From: an uncultured Bacillota bacterium
GTDB taxonomy: Bacteria > Bacillota > Clostridia > Christensenellales > UBA1242
Length of the DNA: 55,676 nucleotides
Direction: 5' to 3'
NCBI GenBank assembly: GCA_947053645.1
Contig: CAMRTM010000004.1
Span: 1 to 55,676 of the forward strand
Shown: piece after piece, positions 48,499 through 55,676 of the stretch
How the letters are laid out: the number at the start of each line of letters is the position of its first letter
How positions within the stretch are numbered: the first letter of the stretch is position 1
Made by a program: the position numbers and the translations under genes
Notes under the pieces: generated by a model
What the model was told of the DNA's origin: nothing
The model's input: only the letters and a program-made list of their open reading frames with translations
Database searches by the model: none

Positions 48499-48504
48499 GA
48501 CAAA

Positions 48505-48530
48505 AAAAACAACCCTGAGGGGTTGTTTTT
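48505..48530. terminator. Bidirectional terminator
   Basis: AAAAACAACCC-TGAG-GGGTTGTTTTT. Confidence 0.7.
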
Positions 48531-48801
48531 AATTTATCATATCTTTAAAACTGTTACCAAATTTGAAAGATGGCACCTTACAAGCCTGAATTTTTACTTT
48601 TTGTTTTGTAAGTGGATTAATGCCTTCTCTTGCCGCTCTTTTCTTCACTTCGAAAGTACCAAAACCTGCAATCTGAATTTTCTCCTCTCTCTTAAGTGTG
48701 TCAGCGATAGTTGCTGCCATTGCATCAAAAGCAATTCCTGCATCCTTTTGTGTGAAATTTGCTTTCTCAGCGAACGCTTTGATAAACTCTGCTTTATTCA
48801 T
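48529..48801 (-). CDS. hup: DNA-binding protein HU
   Basis: MNKAE, GFGTFEV..RAAREG.NP and VPSFK. Confidence 0.93.
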   Translation of the reverse strand: MNKAEFIKAFAEKANFTQKDAGIAFDAMAATIADTLKREEKIQIAGFGTFEVKKRAAREGINPLTKQKVKIQACKVPSFKFGNSFKDMIN

Positions 48802-48886
48802 TCCTTATTCTCCTTTTTAATGAACTTGGCTTTTTGCCTTAACCTATCATAACATATTCTTGCCTTATTTCCAAACAAATTTACAT

Positions 48887-49669
48887 TTACCAAGCAAAAT
48901 AATCATTGATTTTATCTAAAAAATAAGAACCTATCACCTTAATTTTCTCTAATTCGAGTTTATTTTCTTTTAAAAGAGAATAAGCATCTTTTATATGGAC
49001 TCTTACAACTCCTACCACTTGATTAATTGTACAAGGCCCTAGCACTCGTGCATCGGTACTGTTCGCCCTATTATCACCCATGAAAAACACTTCATTCTTC
49101 TTTAGTGTATAAAACAGTTGCCCATCAACCATTGTGTATTCGCCAGATTTAAGATAATTGTTATAAAAATCTAGTTGGTAATTCATTCCTTGGAAAGTGT
49201 AATAGTCCATCGCTGACCATTCCATATAACTTTTTATATAATCTTCCTCGATTCTTTCTACCTTGTCACTACCCTTTTTAATCAGCGAAAGCCTATATTC
49301 GCCATTAAGATCACCGTGCTTTGCAATACTAATTTTATCTCCTTCGAGTGCAATTACTCTTTTAATAATTGTATTTTTGAATACAGGTAGTTTTATAATA
49401 ATGATGTCATTTACTTTTATGTCATGAGTGCATTCGACAAACACTCCGTCTTGAAGGACATCTCCGTTGGTCACAACAAAAGGGTCTGGGTTGATGGTGG
49501 GTTGCATACTTCTGCCTTGTACTGGATAATACTTGTAATTAAAATAAAAATACATTCTTCCAGCAATCAATAGCACCATCAAGATAAAAAATGCAACAAA
49601 AACTCTATACAAAACACTTTTTTGTATCTTTTCTTTTTTTGTTTGTCCATTAATTGTTGGAAAGTCCAT
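48887..49669 (-). CDS. lepB: Signal peptidase I
   Basis: GRSMQPT, IKRVIA..GD and GDNRANSTDAR motifs; start moved to ATG 49669 (SD GGGAG). Confidence 0.88.
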   Translation of the reverse strand: MDFPTINGQTKKEKIQKSVLYRVFVAFFILMVLLIAGRMYFYFNYKYYPVQGRSMQPTINPDPFVVTNGDVLQDGVFVECTHDIKVNDIIIIKLPVFKNTIIKRVIALEGDKISIAKHGDLNGEYRLSLIKKGSDKVERIEEDYIKSYMEWSAMDYYTFQGMNYQLDFYNNYLKSGEYTMVDGQLFYTLKKNEVFFMGDNRANSTDARVLGPCTINQVVGVVRVHIKDAYSLLKENKLELEKIKVIGSYFLDKINDYFAW

Positions 49670-50210
49670 TCTTTTTCTCCCTATTCTTTGAAAACTTACA
49701 TCCACAATAGTTTTGTCTATACAAATTATACTCTTTTGCAAGTTCTATACTTTTTTTATAGCCATCCTGTTTTTTGAAATTGCCATCAATAAACTCTATT
49801 TTTACTTTCTCTTCTACTGCCTTACCAATACCATTAATTACAACGCTATTCTTGTGCGGGCTGACTGTGAGTGTTGTTGCAAAGGCATCAAACCCAAGTT
49901 CTTTGGCTAAAGCGGCAGTCTTATCTAATCTTAATTTAAAGCACACGCTACATCTTCCGCCGCCTTCTGGCTCATTTTCAAGCCCTTTTACTTCATTTAA
50001 AAACTCGTCAGCGTTATATGGAATTTCAATCACTTGAACTCCTACTGCATCACAAAAGCGTTTTTGCTCACTTAAACGATGATTAAACTCCTCTGCTGTA
50101 TCAATGTTAGGATTATAGTAAAGGACCGTGATATCATAATTTTCTTTTAGTACATTAATAACATGTGTGCTACATGGGCCGCAACAACTGTGAAGTAATA
50201 ATCTTTTCAT
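49650..50210 (-). CDS. queH: Epoxyqueuosine reductase QueH
   Basis: LLHSCCGPCS, RC..CF..RL and YRQNYCGC.FS motifs. Confidence 0.92.
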   Translation of the reverse strand: MKRLLLHSCCGPCSTHVINVLKENYDITVLYYNPNIDTAEEFNHRLSEQKRFCDAVGVQVIEIPYNADEFLNEVKGLENEPEGGGRCSVCFKLRLDKTAALAKELGFDAFATTLTVSPHKNSVVINGIGKAVEEKVKIEFIDGNFKKQDGYKKSIELAKEYNLYRQNYCGCKFSKNREKKNGLSNN

Positions 50211-50668
50211 TGCACTGTCCTCAATAACTTAATAAGTTCACCTAATATATGGTTCTTACTAATGGTATCATTTATATTTTCAGAATACTTATCTAGTTTT
50301 ATCATGAAACATCCAAGGCAGTTCCCGCAGTTCACAAACACTTGCATGGTTAAAAATTTATTATCTAAATCTTTTATTACATAGATAGGGAAAATGAACT
50401 CCCCTAGTTTAAGTTTTGTCTTACCTGCCAAAATATATTTTTGGGACAAAAGTTCCAGTTTCGATGTGAAGTTATCGTAGTAATCAAAAAAATCATCGGG
50501 ATCTCGATGCACTTCAAAAAGCGAAATTACCTCTCCGATAGAAGAGAGATAGTTTTCTTTATTCGTCATGCCCTGCCCATTAGGAAGACTATACACATCT
50601 TTAGTCAAACTCCAACCTTCAGGCAAAGTAAAACTCATTTCATTTAAACTCTCTATTATTCTTTTCAT
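50207..50668 (-). CDS. Hypothetical protein
   Basis: ORF coupled to queH (ATGA overlap); F.LPEGW motif; SD GGAG before ATG 50668. Confidence 0.6.
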   Translation of the reverse strand: MKRIIESLNEMSFTLPEGWSLTKDVYSLPNGQGMTNKENYLSSIGEVISLFEVHRDPDDFFDYYDNFTSKLELLSQKYILAGKTKLKLGEFIFPIYVIKDLDNKFLTMQVFVNCGNCLGCFMIKLDKYSENINDTISKNHILGELIKLLRTVQ

Positions 50669-50715
50669 TTCTTCTCCATGGATTAAGTATGCCACGGAGA
50701 AAGATATTTGTCAAT

Positions 50716-51051
50716 CTAAATAGCATTTATTGCGTACATAAACATATCATTTACATGCCCGCCTGTAAGCGTATAGACAAGTATCTTTCCGTCCCGCTTA
50801 TATGTGACAAGGTTTTGATCTTTCAGTTGTTTTAATTGATGACTTATTGTTGTTTGATTTATACCTAACACATTAGAAAGGTCATTGACACACATGTCCA
50901 TCATTGAAAGACAGGACAAAATTTTTATTCTTGTACTATCAGAAAAGTTTTGAAAATAATCAGCAAGGCGTAAAATATCTTGCTCGGTAGGCATGGCACC
51001 CAGTACATCCCTTTTGTTTCTCTCACTTAATAATAAAAATTTATTTTGCAT
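50716..51051 (-). CDS. ArsR/SmtB family transcriptional regulator
   Basis: D.TRIKIL, MCVNDL, Q..ISHQL and RDGK..Y motifs. Confidence 0.9.
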   Translation of the reverse strand: MQNKFLLLSERNKRDVLGAMPTEQDILRLADYFQNFSDSTRIKILSCLSMMDMCVNDLSNVLGINQTTISHQLKQLKDQNLVTYKRDGKILVYTLTGGHVNDMFMYAINAI

Positions 51052-51209
51052 TTTTTCACTCCGTGTTCACACATTTTTTAAACTATACATAAATACTAAT
51101 GTGAACAACTTAATTTTGCCAGATAACAAATGAGAAAATCAAATTAAAAATTGTTTTTTATTTATTTAATTTGATGCAAAAAAAAGATTTTTGTAGAATT
51201 GGAGGTTAC

Positions 51210-51386
51210 ATGAATTTTTCAAACAACGAACTTTTATTAGTATTATTACTTTCCGTCTTTTCTTCGGCAAATGATACTAACCTTAACACGAACACTAATT
51301 TCTTATTGTTATTGTTATTAGCACTAGGGAATAACAACAATAACACAGGTTGTTGCCAGAATACTTGTCCTAATAGATTATTCTAA
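51210..51386 (+). CDS. Small Leu/Asn-rich protein with Cys-rich tail (58 aa)
   Basis: SD GGAGGT and ATG at 51210; TTGATG-N17-TAGAAT upstream. Confidence 0.6.
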   Translation: MNFSNNELLLVLLLSVFSSANDTNLNTNTNFLLLLLLALGNNNNNTGCCQNTCPNRLF

Positions 51387-51602
51387 AATAAAAATTATGC
51401 AAGAAATGTCACAAAATTCGCCATATAAAATAGATATGGCTTTTTGTCATAATTAATATATTAAATATCTCGAATTTAATCGAGATTTATTTTTTTATAA
51501 ATTATTTAATATTTTTTTGTAATTATTGAAAAATCATTTTGTAATTTATTTTTTTTATGCTAATATTTTTTTGTGAAATAAAAATAAAAGGAGATAATAA
51601 AC

Positions 51603-52054
51603 ATGACGGGGGGGGGAATTTAATTTCTAATTTATTAGCTGGATGGAGTGATATTTTTAGTGTGCCAGACGGTGTAAAACCTGACAAAGTACCACAATAT
51701 GTAACTGACTATAGTTGGATGGGACAAATATTTGATGCTGTAAGTATTGTGCTTTACATTATCATGGGTCTTGTTGGTGCTGCTGGTGCAATTTACGCGA
51801 TCTACCTTGGTATTCAACTTGCAAGAGCAGAAGACCAATCTAAGCGTGATGAGGCAAAGAAACACTTAATTACTGTGTTAATTGCTGTTGCGGTCACTAT
51901 TGTTCTTGTATTATTCTTCAACTTATTGCTACCAGAAATTGTGAAAGCCTTTATTGGAGATGGAAACATTTATTCACAATATCTAAATAAAGATCAAACT
52001 ACTGGTAAGTTTACAGGGTGGAAAACAGAAGAACAAATTAAAAATGGGACTTAA
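51603..52054 (+). pseudogene. VirB2/TrbC-like pilin 1, frameshifted at a G9 tract (candidate phase-OFF allele)
   Basis: SD AAGGAG, then ATG ACG GGG GGG GGA ATT TAA. The paralogous frame (NLISNLLAGW) resumes at 51617. Confidence 0.7.
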
Positions 52055-52189
52055 AAAATAAATAACTCCAAATAAATAATAAATTATAAATTAAATAAAT
52101 AATTTTCAAAAAAATACTAAAAATAGTTTTGAAAATATTTTCTCTTATGCTATGATTATTATAGAAAATGAAATTTGGAGGTATTAATT

Positions 52190-52519
52190 ATGAATTTTAT
52201 TTCTAATTTGTTAGGTTGGGCAGAACAATTCCCAGAAAGTAACCAGCAACTAGGTTGGATGGGACAGGTATTTGGTACAGTGTCTATTGTGCTTTATATC
52301 ATTATGGGTCTTGTTGGGGCTGCTGGTGCTATCTATGCGATTTACCTTGGTATTCAACTTGCAAGAGCGGAAGACCAATCTAAGCGTGATGAGGCTAAGA
52401 AACATTTAATTACAGTTTTAATTGCAGTTGCTGTAACTGTAGTTCTTGTATTGTTCTTTAATGAATTATTACCTCTAATTGTTAAAGCATTCTTTCCTGA
52501 TTTAGCTCCTAATCCTTAA
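52190..52519 (+). CDS. VirB2/TrbC-like pilin 2
   Basis: Two hydrophobic helices joined by ARAEDQSKRDEAKK; SD GGAGG. Confidence 0.65.
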   Translation: MNFISNLLGWAEQFPESNQQLGWMGQVFGTVSIVLYIIMGLVGAAGAIYAIYLGIQLARAEDQSKRDEAKKHLITVLIAVAVTVVLVLFFNELLPLIVKAFFPDLAPNP

Positions 52520-52626
52520 TGAAAAATTAAAACTGCTATAACCTAGCAGTTTTTTTATTGCAAAAATATTGTGAAATTTATTGTAAAAAGATTTTATTTA
52601 TGGTAAAATATTATTAGGAGAAAATT

Positions 52627-52956
52627 ATGTACAGTTTGTTATCTAATATTTTGGCTTTCATCCCCTATCGATTCTTAGGGTCTTACGCTTGGCTTAATGA
52701 TGTTTACGAAGTTTTGCCACCTATTCTTTATGCAATACTTGCACTTGTGGGTGGTGCTGGTTCCGTGTATGCTGTTATACTTGGAATTAACCTTGCTAAA
52801 AGCGAAAGTGAAGACGCAAGAAAGAAAGCCGTAGAGCGAATAAAAAATACAATAATTGGCGTAGCGGTGCTGTTAATACTTGTTTTATTTATAAACCTAC
52901 TTCTTCCAGTGATACTTAATGCTGCCCTTCCAGAAGGAAGCGTTGCACCTGCGTAA
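52627..52956 (+). CDS. VirB2/TrbC-like pilin 3
   Basis: Same architecture (LGINLAKSESEDARKKA..RIKNTIIG); SD AGGAG; own TTGTAA-N17-TAAAAT promoter. Confidence 0.65.
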   Translation: MYSLLSNILAFIPYRFLGSYAWLNDVYEVLPPILYAILALVGGAGSVYAVILGINLAKSESEDARKKAVERIKNTIIGVAVLLILVLFINLLLPVILNAALPEGSVAPA

Positions 52957-52995
52957 ACTTACAAATAAAAAAATGAAGGATTGCTCCTTCATTTT

Positions 52996-53382
52996 TTATA
53001 TCTCTCTTAAAATTTCCTCGCGCATTTTCTTGTATTCTTCTTCGGTAATAATTCCACCATTTTTCATGTCCTCAAGTTGGCGAAGGCGTTTGGTAATTTC
53101 CTCCGTATTTGCATTGCCAGTAGAACTAGTCGTATTTGGTTCAGGTTTCACATCTACTGTTTTTTTATTTTCACGCAAATCATCATCACTCATACAAAGC
53201 ATAAGTATACCCGCAATTGTATTACAGAATAATAAAGTACAAATTGCCACACCAACAAGTTCATCCTTGCTTGTTGCTTTATTAAGTCTTGATAATGCAA
53301 TTCCCCCTACAATCAATGGGAAGATAAGCCAACATCCCACAACCATACTTATGATAATAAAAATCTTTGCAGCCGTTTTCAT
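52996..53382 (-). CDS. Membrane protein with C-terminal SHOCT domain
   Basis: LRQLEDMKNGGIITEEEYKKMREEIL. Confidence 0.8.
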   Translation of the reverse strand: MKTAAKIFIIISMVVGCWLIFPLIVGGIALSRLNKATSKDELVGVAICTLLFCNTIAGILMLCMSDDDLRENKKTVDVKPEPNTTSSTGNANTEEITKRLRQLEDMKNGGIITEEEYKKMREEILREI

Positions 53383-53497
53383 TTTTCATCTCCTTTAATA
53401 ACATATTATCATAGTCAATGAAAAAATGCAATAATTTGTCGAATAAATTTAATTATGTTTTATTTGGAAAAACTTTTTAAATATTGTATTATTACAA

Positions 53498-53520
53498 TAT
53501 GGAGAGTTGTCAGAGTGGTC
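53498..53520 (+). repeat. 23-bp direct repeat of the tRNA-Ser 5' end
   Basis: TATGGAGAGTTGTCAGAGTGGTC at 53498-53520 and 53550-53572. Confidence 0.9.
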
Positions 53521-53552
53521 AGCGTCACAACTCTTGCTTAGATTCTTATTAT

Positions 53553-53640
53553 GGAGAGTTGTCAGAGTGGTCGAATGTGTCGCTCTCGAAAAGCGATAAG
53601 GTGAAAGCCTTCGGCGGTTCGAATCCGCCACTCTCCGCCA
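53553..53640 (+). tRNA. tRNA-Ser(CGA)
   Basis: GGAGAGT/ACTCTCC acceptor stem, TCGCT-CTCGAAA-AGCGA anticodon arm, long variable arm, GGTTCGAATCC, GCCA end. Confidence 0.95.
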
Positions 53641-53656
53641 AGAAAAGGAGTAAAAT

Positions 53657-54580
53657 ATGGAAAAATACAAAGTAATTATTGATACAGACCCCGGGATTGA
53701 TGACACGACTGCATTGATACTTTCTATGTTTGATGAAAGGCTGGATGTACAACTTTACACCACTGTAAAAGGAAATATCAATGTGGATATTGCAACAAAC
53801 AACATGCTTCATCTACTTGAGAAATTTGGAAAAACGGTTCCAGTGGCACGCGGCGGTGAAAAGGGAATGTTACGCGATACACCAGATGCCTCTTGGCTTC
53901 ATGGAAAATGGGGAATGGGCGAAACATATATTCCTCCAAAGGCAAAAACAAAAGTAATCAAAAAAGATGCCGTAGAAGCAATGTATGAAATTATTAAAAA
54001 TAACCCACATGAGGTTACCATTCTTATGTTTGGACCTCACACAAATGTAGGTAATCTGCTTAAAAAACACCCCGATGTTGCACCACTCATCAAGCACATT
54101 ATCTTTGAAGGATTTTCCCCTTATGGGTACAAAGGTATAAAACCACATATCTCTTTTAACATACGAACAGACCCAGAAGCATTTAAATATGTGCTTGATT
54201 CTGGCATTCCTCTTTCTGTTATTCCAAGTGAAATGGGAAGGAATGAAGGTCGACTTCCAGAAAGTTTGGTGAAAAAAATAGGTAAAATGAATGATACTGG
54301 GGCGTTTTTAGAGAAAATTTACCAAAATTATTGGGAAAGAGGCTACGATGATAAAAGAATTGCCACAAACGATACTCTTGCATACCTCTATCTTGTAGAA
54401 CCAGAATTGTTTAAGATTAGAAAGGCGGACATTGAAGTAAATCTTACCGATGCACCTGGAAAAACAATTGCCACTTTCTCCCCTAAAGGAAAGATACGGG
54501 TTGCAATGGGGCTAAAACGCAGAATGTTTGTGGAGAGTTTCTTAAGCAAAATCAAAAATCTAGATAACATCAACCTTTAA
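53657..54580 (+). CDS. Inosine-uridine-preferring nucleoside hydrolase family protein
   Basis: IIDTDPGIDD, HG..G.G, GP.TN and FNI..DPEA motifs. Confidence 0.9.
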   Translation: MEKYKVIIDTDPGIDDTTALILSMFDERLDVQLYTTVKGNINVDIATNNMLHLLEKFGKTVPVARGGEKGMLRDTPDASWLHGKWGMGETYIPPKAKTKVIKKDAVEAMYEIIKNNPHEVTILMFGPHTNVGNLLKKHPDVAPLIKHIIFEGFSPYGYKGIKPHISFNIRTDPEAFKYVLDSGIPLSVIPSEMGRNEGRLPESLVKKIGKMNDTGAFLEKIYQNYWERGYDDKRIATNDTLAYLYLVEPELFKIRKADIEVNLTDAPGKTIATFSPKGKIRVAMGLKRRMFVESFLSKIKNLDNINL

Positions 54581-55634
54581 AAAATTTTTCGTTGTATATT
54601 ACGCTTGGATGATTAGGTTTTTGTTTTTTGGCAAGTTCGTGATAGCGTCTTGCCCTTTTTTTATACCCTTTATAATAATAACAAACACATAATTGTAAAT
54701 TAGGCAGAAACTCATAACTATCGGCTTGCACAAAACCACCACTTTTATAATTTGGCTTTAAACTTTTTGCAAGTCTATACCAATAAATGGCCTCGTCATA
54801 TTTTTTTAATTTAATATAGATACTGCCTATTTCACATAAAATCTCCCCGCGCGGTATCCCCATACAAAAACTTCCAAAAAGCGAAGTTAATGCTTTTTCA
54901 TTATCTCCTTGAATTTGATAACATTTTGAAAGATTTAGGCATGCTTCAATATTATTTTCTACCCATCCTTGGTGTGAAGAAAGGAACAGACTAAATTGAT
55001 GAATCGCCTCTACAATTAAATTATTGTAATACAATTCTCGAGCATAATAGAACTGCTGGCGTGGAGAAAGTTTCATTCCTTTTGCTATATACTTTTGGTA
55101 TATGTCTAAATTGCGTCTTCCTGCTGGAGCCTTCTTTTTGCAATGATAAATATTGATATCAAGATAGGCTATATTGCCGCGTGGAATAATGACCTCATGT
55201 ACTGGATCTTGCCAAGTAAAATTCGCACTACGCTTTACAATTCGCTCCCTATAAAAACTAAATTCTGGTTTAAGGTCACTTGAATACTTTGTAACATATT
55301 TAAGCATATACACATCAACCTTACTAGGACGCGATAATTTGAAGTCCCAAATTTTCATAATGTCTTCTGTGAAAATTACATCGTCTGCGTCCAGCCACAT
55401 TATATAATCGCAGGTTGCCTTTGAAAAAGAATAGTTACGCGCCAAAGAAAAATCATCAACCCATTCAAAATCATAGATTTTATCAGTGTATGCTTTTGCT
55501 ATTTGTTTTGTCTTATCAGTAGAACCCGTATCTACAACTATCACCTCATCTGCAAAAGCCTTCACGCTTTTTAAACAGTTTTCAAGAGTTTTTTCCTCAT
55601 CTTTAACAATTAAACATACACTTATTGAATTCAT
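54570..55634 (-). CDS. Glycosyltransferase family 2 with C-terminal TPR repeats
   Basis: CLIVKDEE, VDTGSTD, FSLARN, WLDADD and VHE motifs, then helical repeats. Confidence 0.9.
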   Translation of the reverse strand: MNSISVCLIVKDEEKTLENCLKSVKAFADEVIVVDTGSTDKTKQIAKAYTDKIYDFEWVDDFSLARNYSFSKATCDYIMWLDADDVIFTEDIMKIWDFKLSRPSKVDVYMLKYVTKYSSDLKPEFSFYRERIVKRSANFTWQDPVHEVIIPRGNIAYLDINIYHCKKKAPAGRRNLDIYQKYIAKGMKLSPRQQFYYARELYYNNLIVEAIHQFSLFLSSHQGWVENNIEACLNLSKCYQIQGDNEKALTSLFGSFCMGIPRGEILCEIGSIYIKLKKYDEAIYWYRLAKSLKPNYKSGGFVQADSYEFLPNLQLCVCYYYKGYKKRARRYHELAKKQKPNHPSVIYNEKFFKG

Positions 55635-55676
55635 AAATATCTCCTTTAATAATTATTCTTCTCAATAATTCTTCCT

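Noticed and set aside
53498-53572. Repeat-spacer-repeat (23/29/23 bp) as a mini CRISPR array
   Set aside because: There are only two copies, the second is the tRNA itself, and no cas genes are present.
53449-53812. ORFs overlapping tRNA-Ser on both strands
   Set aside because: These are shadow ORFs of the tRNA and the hydrolase start.

Overview
AT-rich chromosomal segment from a spore-forming Clostridia-like Firmicute (spoIIID, spoIIQ-like, gerA operon, spoVB-like). Most of it is housekeeping: hflX, acpP, mfd, pth, a CCA enzyme, ftsH, leuS, rplJL with an L10 leader, cysS, recD2, comF, HU, lepB, queH, tRNA-Glu and tRNA-Ser. No integrase, transposase or CRISPR array was seen. The main accessory signals are: (1) a 1.7-kb cassette after rplL encoding a barnase-type RNase with an N-terminal MuF-like HPNCxC domain and three tandem barstar-like paralogs, bracketed by a duplicated terminator; (2) three tandem VirB2/TrbC-like pilin genes, the first frameshifted OFF by a G9 tract just after its ATG; (3) a consensus sigma-A promoter whose spacer holds the only other G9 tract and is 15 bp long, upstream of an unknown two-gene operon; (4) at least eight genes whose -10 box ends exactly 6 nt before the start codon with no Shine-Dalgarno (predicted leaderless mRNAs); (5) a GlmU homolog missing both active sites, plus missing metabolic genes at otherwise conserved loci. 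All family assignments come from recognising motifs by eye; no database searches were run.
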